A stretch of 64,000 nt of DNA from Macrostomum lignano (GCA_002269645.1 NIVC01001010.1:248001-312000); one strand, 5' to 3'; counted from the first letter of the stretch, positions 1 through 11,329 are shown. Notes: generated by a model not told the origin, from the sequence alone. Translations and numbers: made by a program.

Positions 1-374
1 TTTGTAATTCTCTCTACATAATTTATATATATTTAAACAGTCAAGACTGTCAGTTGATATGTTCCCAATTTTGCAGTATAAAAGAGGTGGACCCAATTTT
101 TAAACAGGTATGCAACACAAATCCAAATATATTGTTGTTATTATTAATGCCGCTTCGTTGAAACTGACAATTTCGCTTGTCGAATTCATCATGCGATTTG
201 CTGAATATTAATGAATTATTGCCTACTTTATCTGTGACAGCTTTTACTTTAATTAGCTGACAAATTTTCATTTAAACCATTGAGAATAAGCTTAGCAAAT
301 TATGTATCTAACAATATCCAGATAGGGAATAGAGTTCAGTGACTGTTACTGTGCCCTCGCTATCACTGTCCGCT

Positions 375-930
375 TCAGTGCTATGACTGCTTTCAGTTTC
401 CCTGCTATGACTGCTTCAGTTTCCCTGCTATGACTACTTCAGTGTCCCTGCTATGACTGCTTCAGTGTCCCCGCTATGACTGCTTCAGTGTCCCTGCTAT
501 AGCTGCCTTCCCCGCTATTATTGCTTCAGTGTCCCTGCTATGCCTGCTTTCCCCGCTATGACTGCTTTTCTCCGCTATGACTACTTTCAGTTTCCCCTGC
601 TATGACTGCTTTCAGTTTCCCCTGCAAAGACTTCTTTTCTTTGCTATGACTGCTTTCAGTTTCTCCTGGTATGACTGCTTCAGTGTCCCTGCTATGACTG
701 CTTTCTATGACCTGCTTCAGTTTCTCCTGCTATGACTGCTTTTCCCCGCTATGACCTGCTTCAGTTTCCCCTGCTATGACTGCTTTTCCTTCGCTATGAC
801 TGCTTTTCCTTCGCTATGACTGCTTCAGTGTCCCCTGCTATCCCCTGCTATGACTGCTTCAGTGTCCCCTGCTATCCCCTGCTATGACTGCTTTAGTTTC
901 CCCCGCTATGACTGTCTTATGACTGCTTCA
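375..930. repeat. Degenerate ~22-24 bp minisatellite (ctgctatgactgcttcagtgtccc) in the Src-kinase 3' flank
   Basis: Repeated gctatgactgct(t)cagt core. The last unit overlaps the kinase stop codon at 928-930. Confidence 0.9.
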
Positions 931-1707
931 GTGCTCATACTGGGGCTGCTTCTCAACAAAATAGTTCTCAAGCAGGTTCCTCAGCGCGGCAAAGGTGGGC
1001 CTGGCGGCCGGCTCCAGCCGCCAGCAGGCCAGCATGACGCTCTCGTACAGGAACTGGTCGCAGGGCACCCCGCCTGCCGGACAGCTGGGGTTGGCCATCC
1101 GGTATCCGCCACACACCAGCCGCAGGATGTCGCAGTTGCTGTACTCCGGGTAGGGCAGGCCGCCTCTCGTCACGACCTCGTACGCTAAAATTCCAAAGGA
1201 CCAAACGTCGGATTTGTGCGTGAACGCCTTGGATTTGGCCGCCTCCGGGGCGGTCCATCGGATTGGAAACTTGGTGCCCTCCTTGAAGCAGTAGGCCTCC
1301 TCCTCGATGCAGCGGCTCAGGCCGAAGTCGCCAACTTTGACGGTGTTGTTAAGGCCGACTAGAATGTTGGCCGCTCGCAGGTCGCGGTGAATGAAGCGCT
1401 TCTGCTCCAGGTAGCACATGCCGTCAGCCACCTGGAATAGCATGTCAATCATGTGCCCGAAGGTCACTCTGCGGCCTTGCTCGTTGTCTCGTCTCAGGTA
1501 GGCCGTTAGGGCGCCATTCGGCATGAACTCCGTGACGATGTAGAATGGCTCTTCGCGGGTGCACACTCCTACCAGTTGCACAATCTTTGGGTGGTGCAGC
1601 TTGTGCATCTTCTCCGCCTCGCTGAGAAAGTCCGCCTTGTTCATAGTGGCCTCCTTCATGCTCTTCACCGCCACCTCCAATAGGCGGCCCAGTCTGGCTT
1701 TCCACAC
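928..1707 (-). CDS. Src-family non-receptor tyrosine kinase, exon 2 (kinase domain and C-terminal regulatory Tyr)
   Basis: VAVK, HRDLRAAN (Src-type catalytic loop), DFG, FPIRWTAPE, SDVWSFG and C-terminal PQYEH*. Acceptor CAG at 1710-1708 gives phase 0 and joins GQGSFGE|VWKAR, completing the P-loop. Confidence 0.93.
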   Translation of the reverse strand: MWKARLGRLLEVAVKSMKEATMNKADFLSEAEKMHKLHHPKIVQLVGVCTREEPFYIVTEFMPNGALTAYLRRDNEQGRRVTFGHMIDMLFQVADGMCYLEQKRFIHRDLRAANILVGLNNTVKVGDFGLSRCIEEEAYCFKEGTKFPIRWTAPEAAKSKAFTHKSDVWSFGILAYEVVTRGGLPYPEYSNCDILRLVCGGYRMANPSCPAGGVPCDQFLYESVMLACWRLEPAARPTFAALRNLLENYFVEKQPQYEH

Positions 1708-1849
1708 CTGTGCGCATGCGAGGGAGGCAGCGAGCGATGCGAAACTCTTTGGTGATCCTCGGAGATGCTTCCCGCTAAAGAGACAACTTTTTGAGTCCCA
1801 ATTATGCAATAACAGACAGAATAAATACGAAAATTACAGACTGCTTGAT

Positions 1850-4075
1850 CACCAGCCTCCCAGATCCTCAGGTTGGGCAGCCAGAATCCCAGATCCTTAG
1901 ACTGAGCAGCAAGAATCCCAGATACTCAGGCTGAGCAGCCAGAATCCCAAATCCTCAGACTGGGCAGCCAGAATCCCAGATACTCAGGCTGAGCAGCCAG
2001 AATCCCAGATCCTCAGACTGAGCAGCCAGAATCCCAAATCCTCAGGCTGAGCAGCCAGAATCCCAGATCCTCAGGCTGAGCAGCCAGAATCCCAAATCCT
2101 CAGACTGAGCAGCCGGAATCCCAGATACTCAGGCTGAGCAGCCAGAATCCCAGATCATCAGACTGAGCAGCCAGAATCCCAAATCCTCAGACTGAGCAGC
2201 CAGAATCCTAGATACTCAGGCTGAGCAGCCAGAATCCCAAATCCTCAGGCTGAGCCGCCAGAATCCCAGATACTCAGACTGAGCCGCCAGAATCCCAGAT
2301 CCTCATGCTGAGCAGCCAGAATCCCAGATCCTCAGAATGAGCAGCCAGAATCCCAAATCCTCAGGCTGAGCAGCCAGAATCCCAAATCCTCAGACTGGGC
2401 AGCCAGAATCCCAGATACTCAGGCTGAGCAGCCAGAATCCCAGATCCTCAGACTGAGCAGCCAGAATCCCAAATCCTCAGGCTGAGCAGCCAGAATCCCA
2501 GATACTCAGGCTGAGCAGCCAGAATCCCAGATACTCCGACTGAGCAGCCAGAATCCCAGATCATCAGACTGAGCAGCCAGAATCCCAGATCCTCAGGCTG
2601 AGCAGCCAGAATCCCAAATCCTCAGACTGAGCAGCCGGAATCCCAGATACTCAGGCTGAGCAGCCAGAATCCCAGATCATCAGACTGAGCAGCCAGAATC
2701 CCAGATCATCAGACTGAGCAGCCAGAATCCCAAATCCTCAGACTGAGCAGCCAGAATCCTAGATACTCAGGCTGAGCAGCCAGAATCCCAAATCCTCAGG
2801 CTGAGCAGCCAGAATCCCAGATACTCAGGCTGAGCAGCCAGAATCCCAGATACTCCGACTGAGCAGCCAGAATCCCAGATCATCAGACTGAGCAGCCAGA
2901 ATCCCAGATCCTCAGGCTGAGCAGCCAGAATCCCAAATCCTCAGACTGAGCAGCCGGAATCCCAGATACTCAGGCTGAGCAGCCAGAATCCCAGATCATC
3001 AGACTGAGCAGCCAGAATCCCAAATCCTCAGACTGAGCAGCCAGAATCCTAGATACTCAGGCTGAGCAGCCAGAATCCCAAATCCTCAGACTGAGCAGCC
3101 AGAATCCCAGATCCTCAGACTGAGCAGCCAGAATCCCAGATCCTCAGACTGAGCAGCCAGAATCCCAAATCCTCAGGCTGAGCAGCCAGAATCCCAAATC
3201 CTCAGGCTGAGCAGCCAGAATCCCAAATCCTCAGACTGGGCAGCCAGAATCCCAGATCCTCAGGCTGAGCCGCCAGAATCCCAGATCCTCAGACTGAGCA
3301 GCCAGAATCCCAAATCCTCAGGCTGAGCAGCCAGAATCCCAAATCCTCAGACTGAGCAGCCAGAATCCCAAAATCCTCAGACTAAGCAGCCAGAATCCCA
3401 AATCCTCAGACTGAGCAGCCAGAATCCCAGATACTCAGGCTGAGCAGCCAGAATCCCAGATCCTCAGACTGAGCAGCCAGAATCCCAAATCCTCAGGCTG
3501 AGCAGCCAGAATCCCAGATACTCAGGCTGAGCAGCCAGAATCCCAGATACTCCGACTGAGCAGCCAGAATCCCAGATCATCAGACTGAGCAGCCAGAATC
3601 CCAGATCCTCAGGCTGAGCAGCCAGAATCCCAAATCCTCAGACTGAGCAGCCGGAATCCCAGATACTCAGGCTGAGCAGCCAGAATCCCAGATCATCAGA
3701 CTGAGCAGCCAGAATCCCAAATCCTCAGACTGAGCAGCCAGAATCCTAGATACTCAGGCTGAGCAGCCAGAATCCCAAATCCTCAGGCTGAGCCGCCAGA
3801 ATCCTAGATCCTCAGACTGAGCAGCCAGAATCCCAGATCCTCAGACTGAGCAGCCAGAATCCCAAATCCTCAGGCTGAGCAGCCAGAATCCCAAATCCTC
3901 AGGCTGAGCAGCCAGAATCCCAAATCCTCAGACTGGGCAGCCAGAATCCCAGATCCTCAGGCTGAGCCGCCAGAATCCCAGATCCTCAGACTGAGCAGCC
4001 AGAATCCCAAATCCTCAGGCTGAGCAGCCAGAATCTCAAATCCTCAGACTGAGCAGCCAGAATCTCTGATCCCCA
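1850..4075. repeat. 29-bp minisatellite (cagactgagcagccagaatcccagatcct) filling the Src intron
   Basis: Period of 29 read directly (e.g. 3121 to 3150); about 75 copies. Confidence 0.97.
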
Positions 4076-4090
4076 GCTCCAGCCGCTCAC

Positions 4091-4861
4091 CTCGCCGAAC
4101 GATCCCTGACCCAGTTTTTCAACAAAGCTGAGCAGCTGCCTGTTGAGCTCGAAGTCGCGCAGCTGAGGCGGCGGCACGTACTCCCTCGGGCAGGGCAGCC
4201 CCAGCTGGCAGCACATGCCGTCTTGCTGCTGTTGGTAGTGCTCCAGCAGCTCGATCAGGCTCGAAAATCGCCTATTGGGACTGATGTAGAATCCGCCTTC
4301 GTCTGTTGGTCGCACAATGTAGTGCCTCACTAGCACCTTCTGCTGTTGTTGCTGCTGCGCCTCCAAGTCCTCATCTGTCCGCACGCTGAGGCTGAACGCG
4401 CCGGACTCGGAGCGCTGGCCGCACGGCCGCAGGATGAAGCTGCCATGCGGCACGCCCGGCATGAGGAGGCAGCGCTCGGCCTCGCGTCTGTCAACGTCAA
4501 ACCAGGCGGTAAGGGAGGCTGGGCCGCCGTCGTACGGCTGGATGTAGTTGCAGGGCACGTAGCCGCTGTCACCTGTGCGCTGGTTGCGCATCAGCCACCA
4601 GAACTCGCCGCTGGAATTGTCCACCAAGTCTAGGATGTCGTCCTTTTTAAATGATAAATCGTCGTCTGCCTGTTTCTCGAAATCGTACAGGGCTCGCATT
4701 TGAACAGCCGAGGCTGCGGAGGCGGAGGCGGAGGCCGCCTCGGTCGGCGCCGTTGCTGCGGCTACAACGGAGGCGATGGTGGCGCAGCTTTCGCCGTCGA
4801 CAAGCTTCTTCTGCTGAGTGGTGGCGTAGCGACCCCTCCGAGAGAACAGGCAGTTGCCCAT
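4091..4861 (-). CDS. Src-family tyrosine kinase, exon 1 (myristoylation motif, SH3, SH2, start of kinase domain)
   Basis: MGNC N-terminus (Gly2 myristoylation, Cys4 palmitoylation candidate). SH3 ALYDF...WW...GYVPCNY. SH2 WF...REAER...GSFILR...FSLSV...HY. Donor GAG|GTGAG at 4090. The spliced product is about 516 aa. Confidence 0.93.
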
Positions 4862-6164
4862 GCGACTGTCCGGGCGGGCGTTGGCTGTCTGGCAATCTGC
4901 TGCGGTCTCTGCTGCAAGTGTCAGCTTTTAGCCTTGTTTATTTGGCTTTTCACACGCCAAGCTAATGGAATATCCTTTTTCGCTTTTCATTTGTTGCTTT
5001 AGGCGTCTCAAGCAACTCGCCCCTCCCCTTGGCCTCCCGGCGCGCCTCCGGTTGTGCGCGAACACTTGCTGGGTTTGGCTACTTTGCTAAGCTTTTAGCA
5101 TAAGTAAGAGAGTAAGCTAGCATTGCTTAGCCAGACCGCCCGGCTCTAGGGGACCTGCCTCCTGTTGCTGTCAGCACCCGTGGGGTGGGGTCTGCATATG
5201 TTGAGCTAGCTTAGTCAGTGCCATTCGAAATGACATAATTGCACTGTTTAGCACTCGTGCCAGCTCGATACAATATCGATACCATGTACGAATGGTTCCA
5301 GATACGTACAGCTTGAACGATAATACTAAAGTGAAAGCGGTTTTGCCACCGTTTTAATTATGTATAGTTACTGAAGTTTGCGCATTAACAGAGGTTTTAG
5401 ACAGATTGCGGAGATATGTGTGGATATATATTATGTTGAAATGAATGTGTGTCAAAACCGAGTTGCAGACACAGGTGTGTGTGTCAAAACCGAGTTGCAG
5501 ACACCATGACTAGCTGTTCCAGGTATCCAATGGACAGAAAGTTTCTTTAGCGCTTTTGAAGACCAGGAAAGTTTGATGAATAGCCTGTGTATTATATAAT
5601 CTCCAAAATCTTGATGAAGCTGTTTGCCAGTTTTAGTGCAAGCGTCCGCGCAGGCCTAGGTGGATATAGGAGAGATGTTGTTTCCGATTAGCCCTAGTGT
5701 AGACAAGACCAAGCAGTTATTGATTTCTCTAATTAGTCGTTCGCTGAGGCCCGGCAGATTCTTAGTTTGATGGAGTGGTCAAACTTAGCCGCCCAATTTT
5801 TGTCTGGCATATTCGTTTACTAAAATTGAATTGTGAATTTAGCGGTTTCATAGGAGAATCTTAGCTGCTATGAAGATATGATAATCGCCGAGTTCGAATC
5901 CAGTCGCATTACTTTGTGCAATTCAAGCCCTGCACTCGCGGCTTTAGAATAACCGGCACTGCAGTTCACCAGCCAATCTTTCCTACGGCTTATCTAGTGA
6001 TGAATATAACCGCTGTTTTTGGCATAGACACTGCGCTCGTGATTAGATTTATCAACTAGAGCTGCCAACGATTTCTGATAAATAAAGACGGTACATTTTT
6101 TATAAACATGTCTTTAAGCTTGTGGGCACATAAGTAGAGTGTTCTTGTGAACAGATCGTGGTCT

Positions 6165-7245
6165 TGTGAATACATTCGTGGGTATTCTTTTGAACAGATC
6201 TTCAGGTATTCTTGTGAACAGATCTTTAGGTATTTTTGTGAACAGATCTTTAGGTATTCTTGTGAACAGATCTTTAGGTATTCTTGTGAATAGATTCTCA
6301 GGACGTATTTTTGTGAACAGATCATTAGGTAGTCTTGTGAATATATCTTTAGGTATTCTTGTGAATAGATTCTTAGGTATTCTTGTGAATAGATTCTTAG
6401 GTATTCTTGTGAATAGATTATTAGGTATTCTTGTGAAAAGATTATTAGGTATTCTTGTGACTAGATTCTTAGGTATTCTTGTGAATAGATTATTAGGTAT
6501 TCTTGTGAATAGATTCTTAGCTATTCTTTTGAATAGATCTTTAGGTTTTCTTGTAAATAGATTCCTAGGTATTTTTGTGAATAGATCCTTAGGTATTCTT
6601 GGGAATAGATTCTTAGGTATTCTGTGAACAAACTCTTAGGTACTCTTGTGAGATCTTTAGGTATTCTTGTGAACAGATCTTTAGGTATTCTTGTGAACAG
6701 ATCTTTAGGTATTCTTGTGAACAGATCTTTAGGTATTCTTGTGAGATTCTCAGGGCGTATTCTTGTGAACAGATCATTAGGTAGTCTTGTGAATAGATTC
6801 TTAGCTATTCTTTTGAATATATCTTTAGGTATTCTTGTGAATAGATTCTTAGGTATTCTTGTGAATAGATTATTAGGTATTCTTGTGAATAGATTCTTAG
6901 GTATTCTTGTGAATAGATTATTAGGTATTCTTGTGAATAGATTCTTAGGTATTCTTGTGAATAGATTATTAGGTATTCTTGTGACTAGATTCTTAGGTAT
7001 TCTTGTGAATAGATTATTAGGTATTCTTGTGAATAGATTATTAGGTATTCTTGTGAATAGATTATTAGGTATTCTTGTGAATAGATTCTTAGCTATTCTT
7101 TTGAATAGATCGTTAGGTTTTCTTGTAAATAGATTCCTAGGTATTTTTGTGAATAGATCCTTAGGTATTCTTGTGAATAGATTCTTAGGTATTCTGTGAA
7201 CAGATTCTTATGTATTCTTGTGAACAGACTCTTAGGTACTCTTGT
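6165..7245. repeat. 24-bp minisatellite (ggtattcttgtgaatagattctta)
   Basis: 8-aa periodicity (LGILVNRF) in the ORF track; tandem units visible directly. Confidence 0.95.
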
Positions 7246-7633
7246 GTACACAAAGCTAGTGTTGAGTATTCTGTGATAAATGTACTGTAGAATGCATTCC
7301 AAATGAATGCATGTACTTATCAAATATGTTATCATTTACACAAAAGAATGTAATGACAAGTTTAGATTTTAAAGTTTCAATAAAATTGACGCAATTAGCA
7401 TGATATTGAATAAGCGCTGCTCAAAAAACGTTTTTATACAAAACCTAAGAAATTCAACCTAATTTAATCTCTTTATCAAGAGGTTCTTTGGTTCTTTTTA
7501 GTGCAATTATTTGCTGGTGTAAATATCGACTATTGTACAGGCACTGAAAACGTATGTAAACCTGTCCATGCACTCAGGTAAACCCGCAGACAGTGCAAAT
7601 ATACACACTCAGTTCCCAGTTCCATCTCCACTT

Positions 7634-8035
7634 TTAAAACCGGAAATCCTTCTGCAGGCTGCTCTTGATATTCGGTACCATGTAGCAGGTGGAGCCTTTC
7701 CCCGGCACGGGGGTCGAGCCGACCTCGCGACAGACGTGAGTCATCATCTTGAGCAGGTCCATCTTGTCGTAATTCTCCTCGATTACATCGCACAGCTTCT
7801 GAATGTACAAGGAGCCTCTGTATATCGACCTGTAAGACAGGCAATCTTCCCAAGTTGAAAAGCCGAATAAGAAGTCGATGTACTTTGAAATTTTCAACGG
7901 CGCCTTCTTGGCGTTGTCTTCCGGCTCGGGCTTAGACTGAAAGTACTGCATGCCGGTGTCGCCTCGGGTGCGGCAGGCCTGGATGAAGAAGACCTTCGGC
8001 TTACCAACCAGGTCTGGGCAGTGCTCGGCGTCCAC
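7634..8035 (-). CDS. Ankyrin-repeat caspase, exon 3 (catalytic Cys, linker, small subunit)
   Basis: GKPKVFFIQACR, then DFLFGFST, SYRS..RGSLYIQKLC and SSLQKDFRF*, a typical caspase p10. Acceptor AAG at 8038-8036, phase 0. Confidence 0.9.
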   Translation of the reverse strand: MDAEHCPDLVGKPKVFFIQACRTRGDTGMQYFQSKPEPEDNAKKAPLKISKYIDFLFGFSTWEDCLSYRSIYRGSLYIQKLCDVIEENYDKMDLLKMMTHVCREVGSTPVPGKGSTCYMVPNIKSSLQKDFRF

Positions 8036-8084
8036 CTTGGGGGTTTGGGGTGCATTAATCATAAGCAAACTGATTGCAAGATGT

Positions 8085-8390
8085 AGAGTGAGGTGGCTTC
8101 GAGTGATGTGGCTGCGAGTGAGGTGGCTTCGAGTGATGTGGCTGCGGGGTGAGGTGGCTGCGGAGTGAGGTGGCTGCGGAGTGAGGTGGCTGCGGAGTGA
8201 GGTGGCTGCGGAGTGAGGTGGCTGCGGAGTGAGGTGGCTGCGAAGTGAGGTGGCTGCGGAGTGAGGTGGCTGCGGAGTGAGGCGGCGGAGTGAGGTGGCT
8301 GCGGAGTGAAGTGGCTGGGGAGTGAGGTGTCTGCGGAGTGAGGCGGCTGCGGAGTGAGGTGGCTGCAGAGTAAGGTAGCTGCTGAGGGCA
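8085..8390. repeat. 18-bp minisatellite (ggagtgaggtggctgc-type unit) in caspase intron 2
   Basis: Tandem units visible; 6-aa pseudo-periodicity in the ORF track. Confidence 0.9.
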
Positions 8391-8415
8391 AGCACTGACG
8401 GCAAGCGAGTCACAC

Positions 8416-9369
8416 CTGCAGGGCTATGTCGCGGAGCTCAACCAGCTTGCCGTCAGTGCCCTGCACCGCGTCGCCGTGGCCGTGTGCCAGGATGAAGCAC
8501 ACAAAATAGTCAATGTCGGCCAGCACGCCGCTATTAGCAATCTTGCGCATCTCGGCAATCATGCCCTCGCTATCGAGGTCCGGCCTCTCGTGCACCCGAA
8601 AATGCAGGTCAGTCTGGAAGAGCTGGTAGATTCGCTTCACATCCTGCTCGGAGCCGCGTCGAATGTTGTCGAGGTCATTGGATCTGTAAATCTGGTTGAT
8701 AATGAGGCAGTAGCCGTTCTTGGGATTCCGCCTCGGGTACACGTCCAGCGAAGGCCGGTAGGGCTCTAGCAGTTCGGACACCGCCCGGTGGCCTAGCAGG
8801 TGGCTGATCTCGATGGCTGACAGGCCGGAGCTGTTCTTCTGTGCCAGCAGCTTAGCATCGGCGCCGACTGCGGGCAGTAGCAGGCGCGTCAGCTCCTCGT
8901 TGCTGCGCCTCGCTGCGTGCATCAGCGCCGTCTCGCCGTCCCGGTCGGCCAGGTCGAGACGCAGCCGACCGGTGCCCAGCAGGCGTCGCGCCGTGGCCAC
9001 AGCGTCCACGTCGACCGCCATCATCAGCGGCGTCAGGCCGAGCGTCGTCTCCCGACGATTGACATCGACGCCAGAGTCGATGAGGACGGCGCAGCAGCGG
9101 TCGGCGCAGTTCAACGCCGCATAGTGCAGCGGCGCGGCGCCAGTGGCGTCGAGATCGTCAGCCCCGAGCCCTGCGCCCAGCAGGTACTCCACACAGTCGA
9201 TGGAGTCGCGCACGACCGCCCAGTGGAGCAGCGTTTTGCCGTCGGCTGTGCGCTCGGCCAGCTGGTCGAGTTCCGCTTCGCGAAGGTCCTGGATTCGATT
9301 CTGCAGCACCACCAGCGCGAGGTCCATGGCTGAGCAGTCGGACTGCTGCAGTGCAATGGGTTTGGTTCG
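8416..9369 (-). CDS. Ankyrin-repeat caspase, exon 2 (5 ANK repeats plus caspase large subunit)
   Basis: ANK motifs GKTLLHWA, GAAPLHYAA, GLTPLMMA, GETALMHAA, then NGYCLIINQ, RRGSEQD and FVCFILAHG (catalytic His). Donor CAG|GTGTGA at 8415. Phase-0 acceptor at 9371-9370; an alternative start at Met 9327 is possible. Confidence 0.88.
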
Positions 9370-9625
9370 CTGATCAACAAATCAGCTGATTCACAGGTTC
9401 ACGAGCTCACCGATTCACGAATTTTTTATTTAAAAAATTATGGATTTAACAGTTAACAGCTTCACAAATTCACAAATTTACCAATCAACCAATTCACTGA
9501 TTCACTAATACACAAATTCACTACTACACAATTTCACCAATTTACTAATACAGAAATTCACCAATTCACAAATTCACAAATTCACGAATTCACTAACTCA
9601 CTAATTCACCAATACACTAATTCAC

Positions 9626-10267
9626 CAATTCAGCAATCTCCCCAGCAACCTTGTCAGCCGGTAGCGAATGACCCGACCCTGGCATCCTGGGCACCAGCAC
9701 TTCCAGCACCCGCCTGCTGCCGCAGCGCTCGGCCACGTTCACCGCCGTCTCGCCATCGTCATTCAACGCCAGCAGGTTGGCCTTCCAGCTGACCAGAAGG
9801 TTCGCCACCTCCGCATGATCACCGGCAGCGGCCAGGTGCAGCGCCGCGTTCCCGACGCTGTCCCGCAGCTCCAGGCTGACGGCTCCAAATGGATCCTGGC
9901 GCAGCAGCAGCTCCACGATACTAGAATGGCCGAGCTCGGCCGCCAGCATCAGCGGCGTCTTGGCGGAGGCGTCCAGGGCCATCCGGTTGGCGCCGCACCT
10001 AATCAGCAGTTCGGCGACGGCCTCAGAGTTGTGCCTTGCGGCCACGTGCAGCGGCGTGGTGCCCTGTGGACTAACCGCGTCAATGCCCAGTCCGTTGTCT
10101 AGCAGGAGCTTAGCCGCATCGAAGCTGTCATTCATCGCCGCGGAGTGCAGCGGTCCAGCCGAGCCGTTGTAGTTGTTGCAGTCTGATGGGTCCTTCATTA
10201 AGTCCTTCAGCTCCGGCGAATTGTTTAACAGAGCGTGCCGCTTCATCACTTTGATGCGTTTCTCCAT
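9626..10267 (-). CDS. Ankyrin-repeat exon (5 ANK repeats), probable exon 1 of the ANK-caspase gene
   Basis: GPLHSAA, GTTPLHVAA, KTPLMLAA, GNAALHLAA, GETAVNVA. First ATG is at 10267 (the track start 10321 is TTG; upstream in-frame TGA at 10361). Donor TTG|GTGAAT at 9625 is in phase with the next exon; unspliced, the ORF stops at 9617. Confidence 0.78.
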
Positions 10268-10773
10268 TGCGCGTTCTGGCTTAGCTGGTTTAGCTGGCGG
10301 GCCTGGAATCGAGTGTTTCAAGCTCCTGTTGGCTTGTTTCAGACACCGAGATAGTTTATATCAACAGGATGGAAAGGCCCTGCGGCGCGCTTCTCCTCCT
10401 TTCTCTCTTATCTCTATCTCTCTCCTTTTATCTGTGGCTGTGCGGAGTTGCAATTAGAATGTGCACCCAGATTGAATGTACATTGACCTCTGCGGCGCTC
10501 TCCCCCTCCTCCTCTCTCTCTTTCTGGCTGCGCGGGACCTGCTGGAATCAGAATGAATGTACACCGGGGTTTAAATGTACATTTAAATTGTACGTAGCTT
10601 CAATCCAATGTACATTTTGCGCGCTGGACTGCGCACTGAAGCTGGGCTGCTTTAATTCTTGCCTTAGTTTTAATTTTACAACAATTGGCTCGCTTGATGG
10701 GTGAAATTGAATGGGTATAAGCCACAGATACTAGAATAACCCAGATAGGCCACTCAGCACATTTGCGTGTAAG

Positions 10774-11097
10774 CTACTTTCAGTTCAGTAGTAAGTTAAA
10801 CAGAGCATTCTAATGTATTTTTAAATCCAAGGCTCATTTATTGACTCATTTATTGACTTTAATCCCCCCCACAGCTTAAACCCTCCAACCGCGCCTTTCC
10901 ACTTCCCGCTCCGCCCCAATTTTATTGCCTTCCAGCCTACAGCTGCTATGTACATTTCAGTGGCTAATGTACATTATTGCTGAACCAATTAGCAAGTTGT
11001 TTTACGCCTGCAAGCTTGGGCTTCAAAGTGATCAAAGTTCAGCTGCTTTTTTTATAAAATAGCTTATTATTCTTCTTTGCTACTGAACTGAAAGTAG
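10774..11097. mobile_element. Non-autonomous MITE-like element, copy 1 (18-bp inverted repeats ctactttcagttcagtag)
   Basis: Perfect inverted repeat at 10774-10791 and 11080-11097. The ~330-bp body is homologous to 38743-39064. Confidence 0.75.
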
Positions 11098-11329
11098 AAA
11101 GCTGTTTTTACTAAGTATCTAGACGCCTGAGTGGCCCATCTACGAGGGCTGTCCCAAAAGTTTTCATTTCATTATTCATTACTTTTTTCATTATACCTCT
11201 TATTCTGATGATCCAAGAAAACATCATTTTGCACAATTTTATAGCGGCAACTCTCTTCTTCATATTATTAACTTTAAGATCCTTAAAATCAGAGAAAGGA
11301 AACAAAAGTTACAAGCTACTCGTAAAATT

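Noticed and set aside
928-10267. Src kinase and ANK-caspase as a functional gene cluster
   Set aside because: Adjacency on the same strand is not evidence of a shared pathway in a eukaryote, and no synteny data are available.
11141-11170. Mariner-like terminal repeat tacgagggctgtcccaaaagt
   Set aside because: No matching opposite end or transposase was found in the window; at most a fragment.
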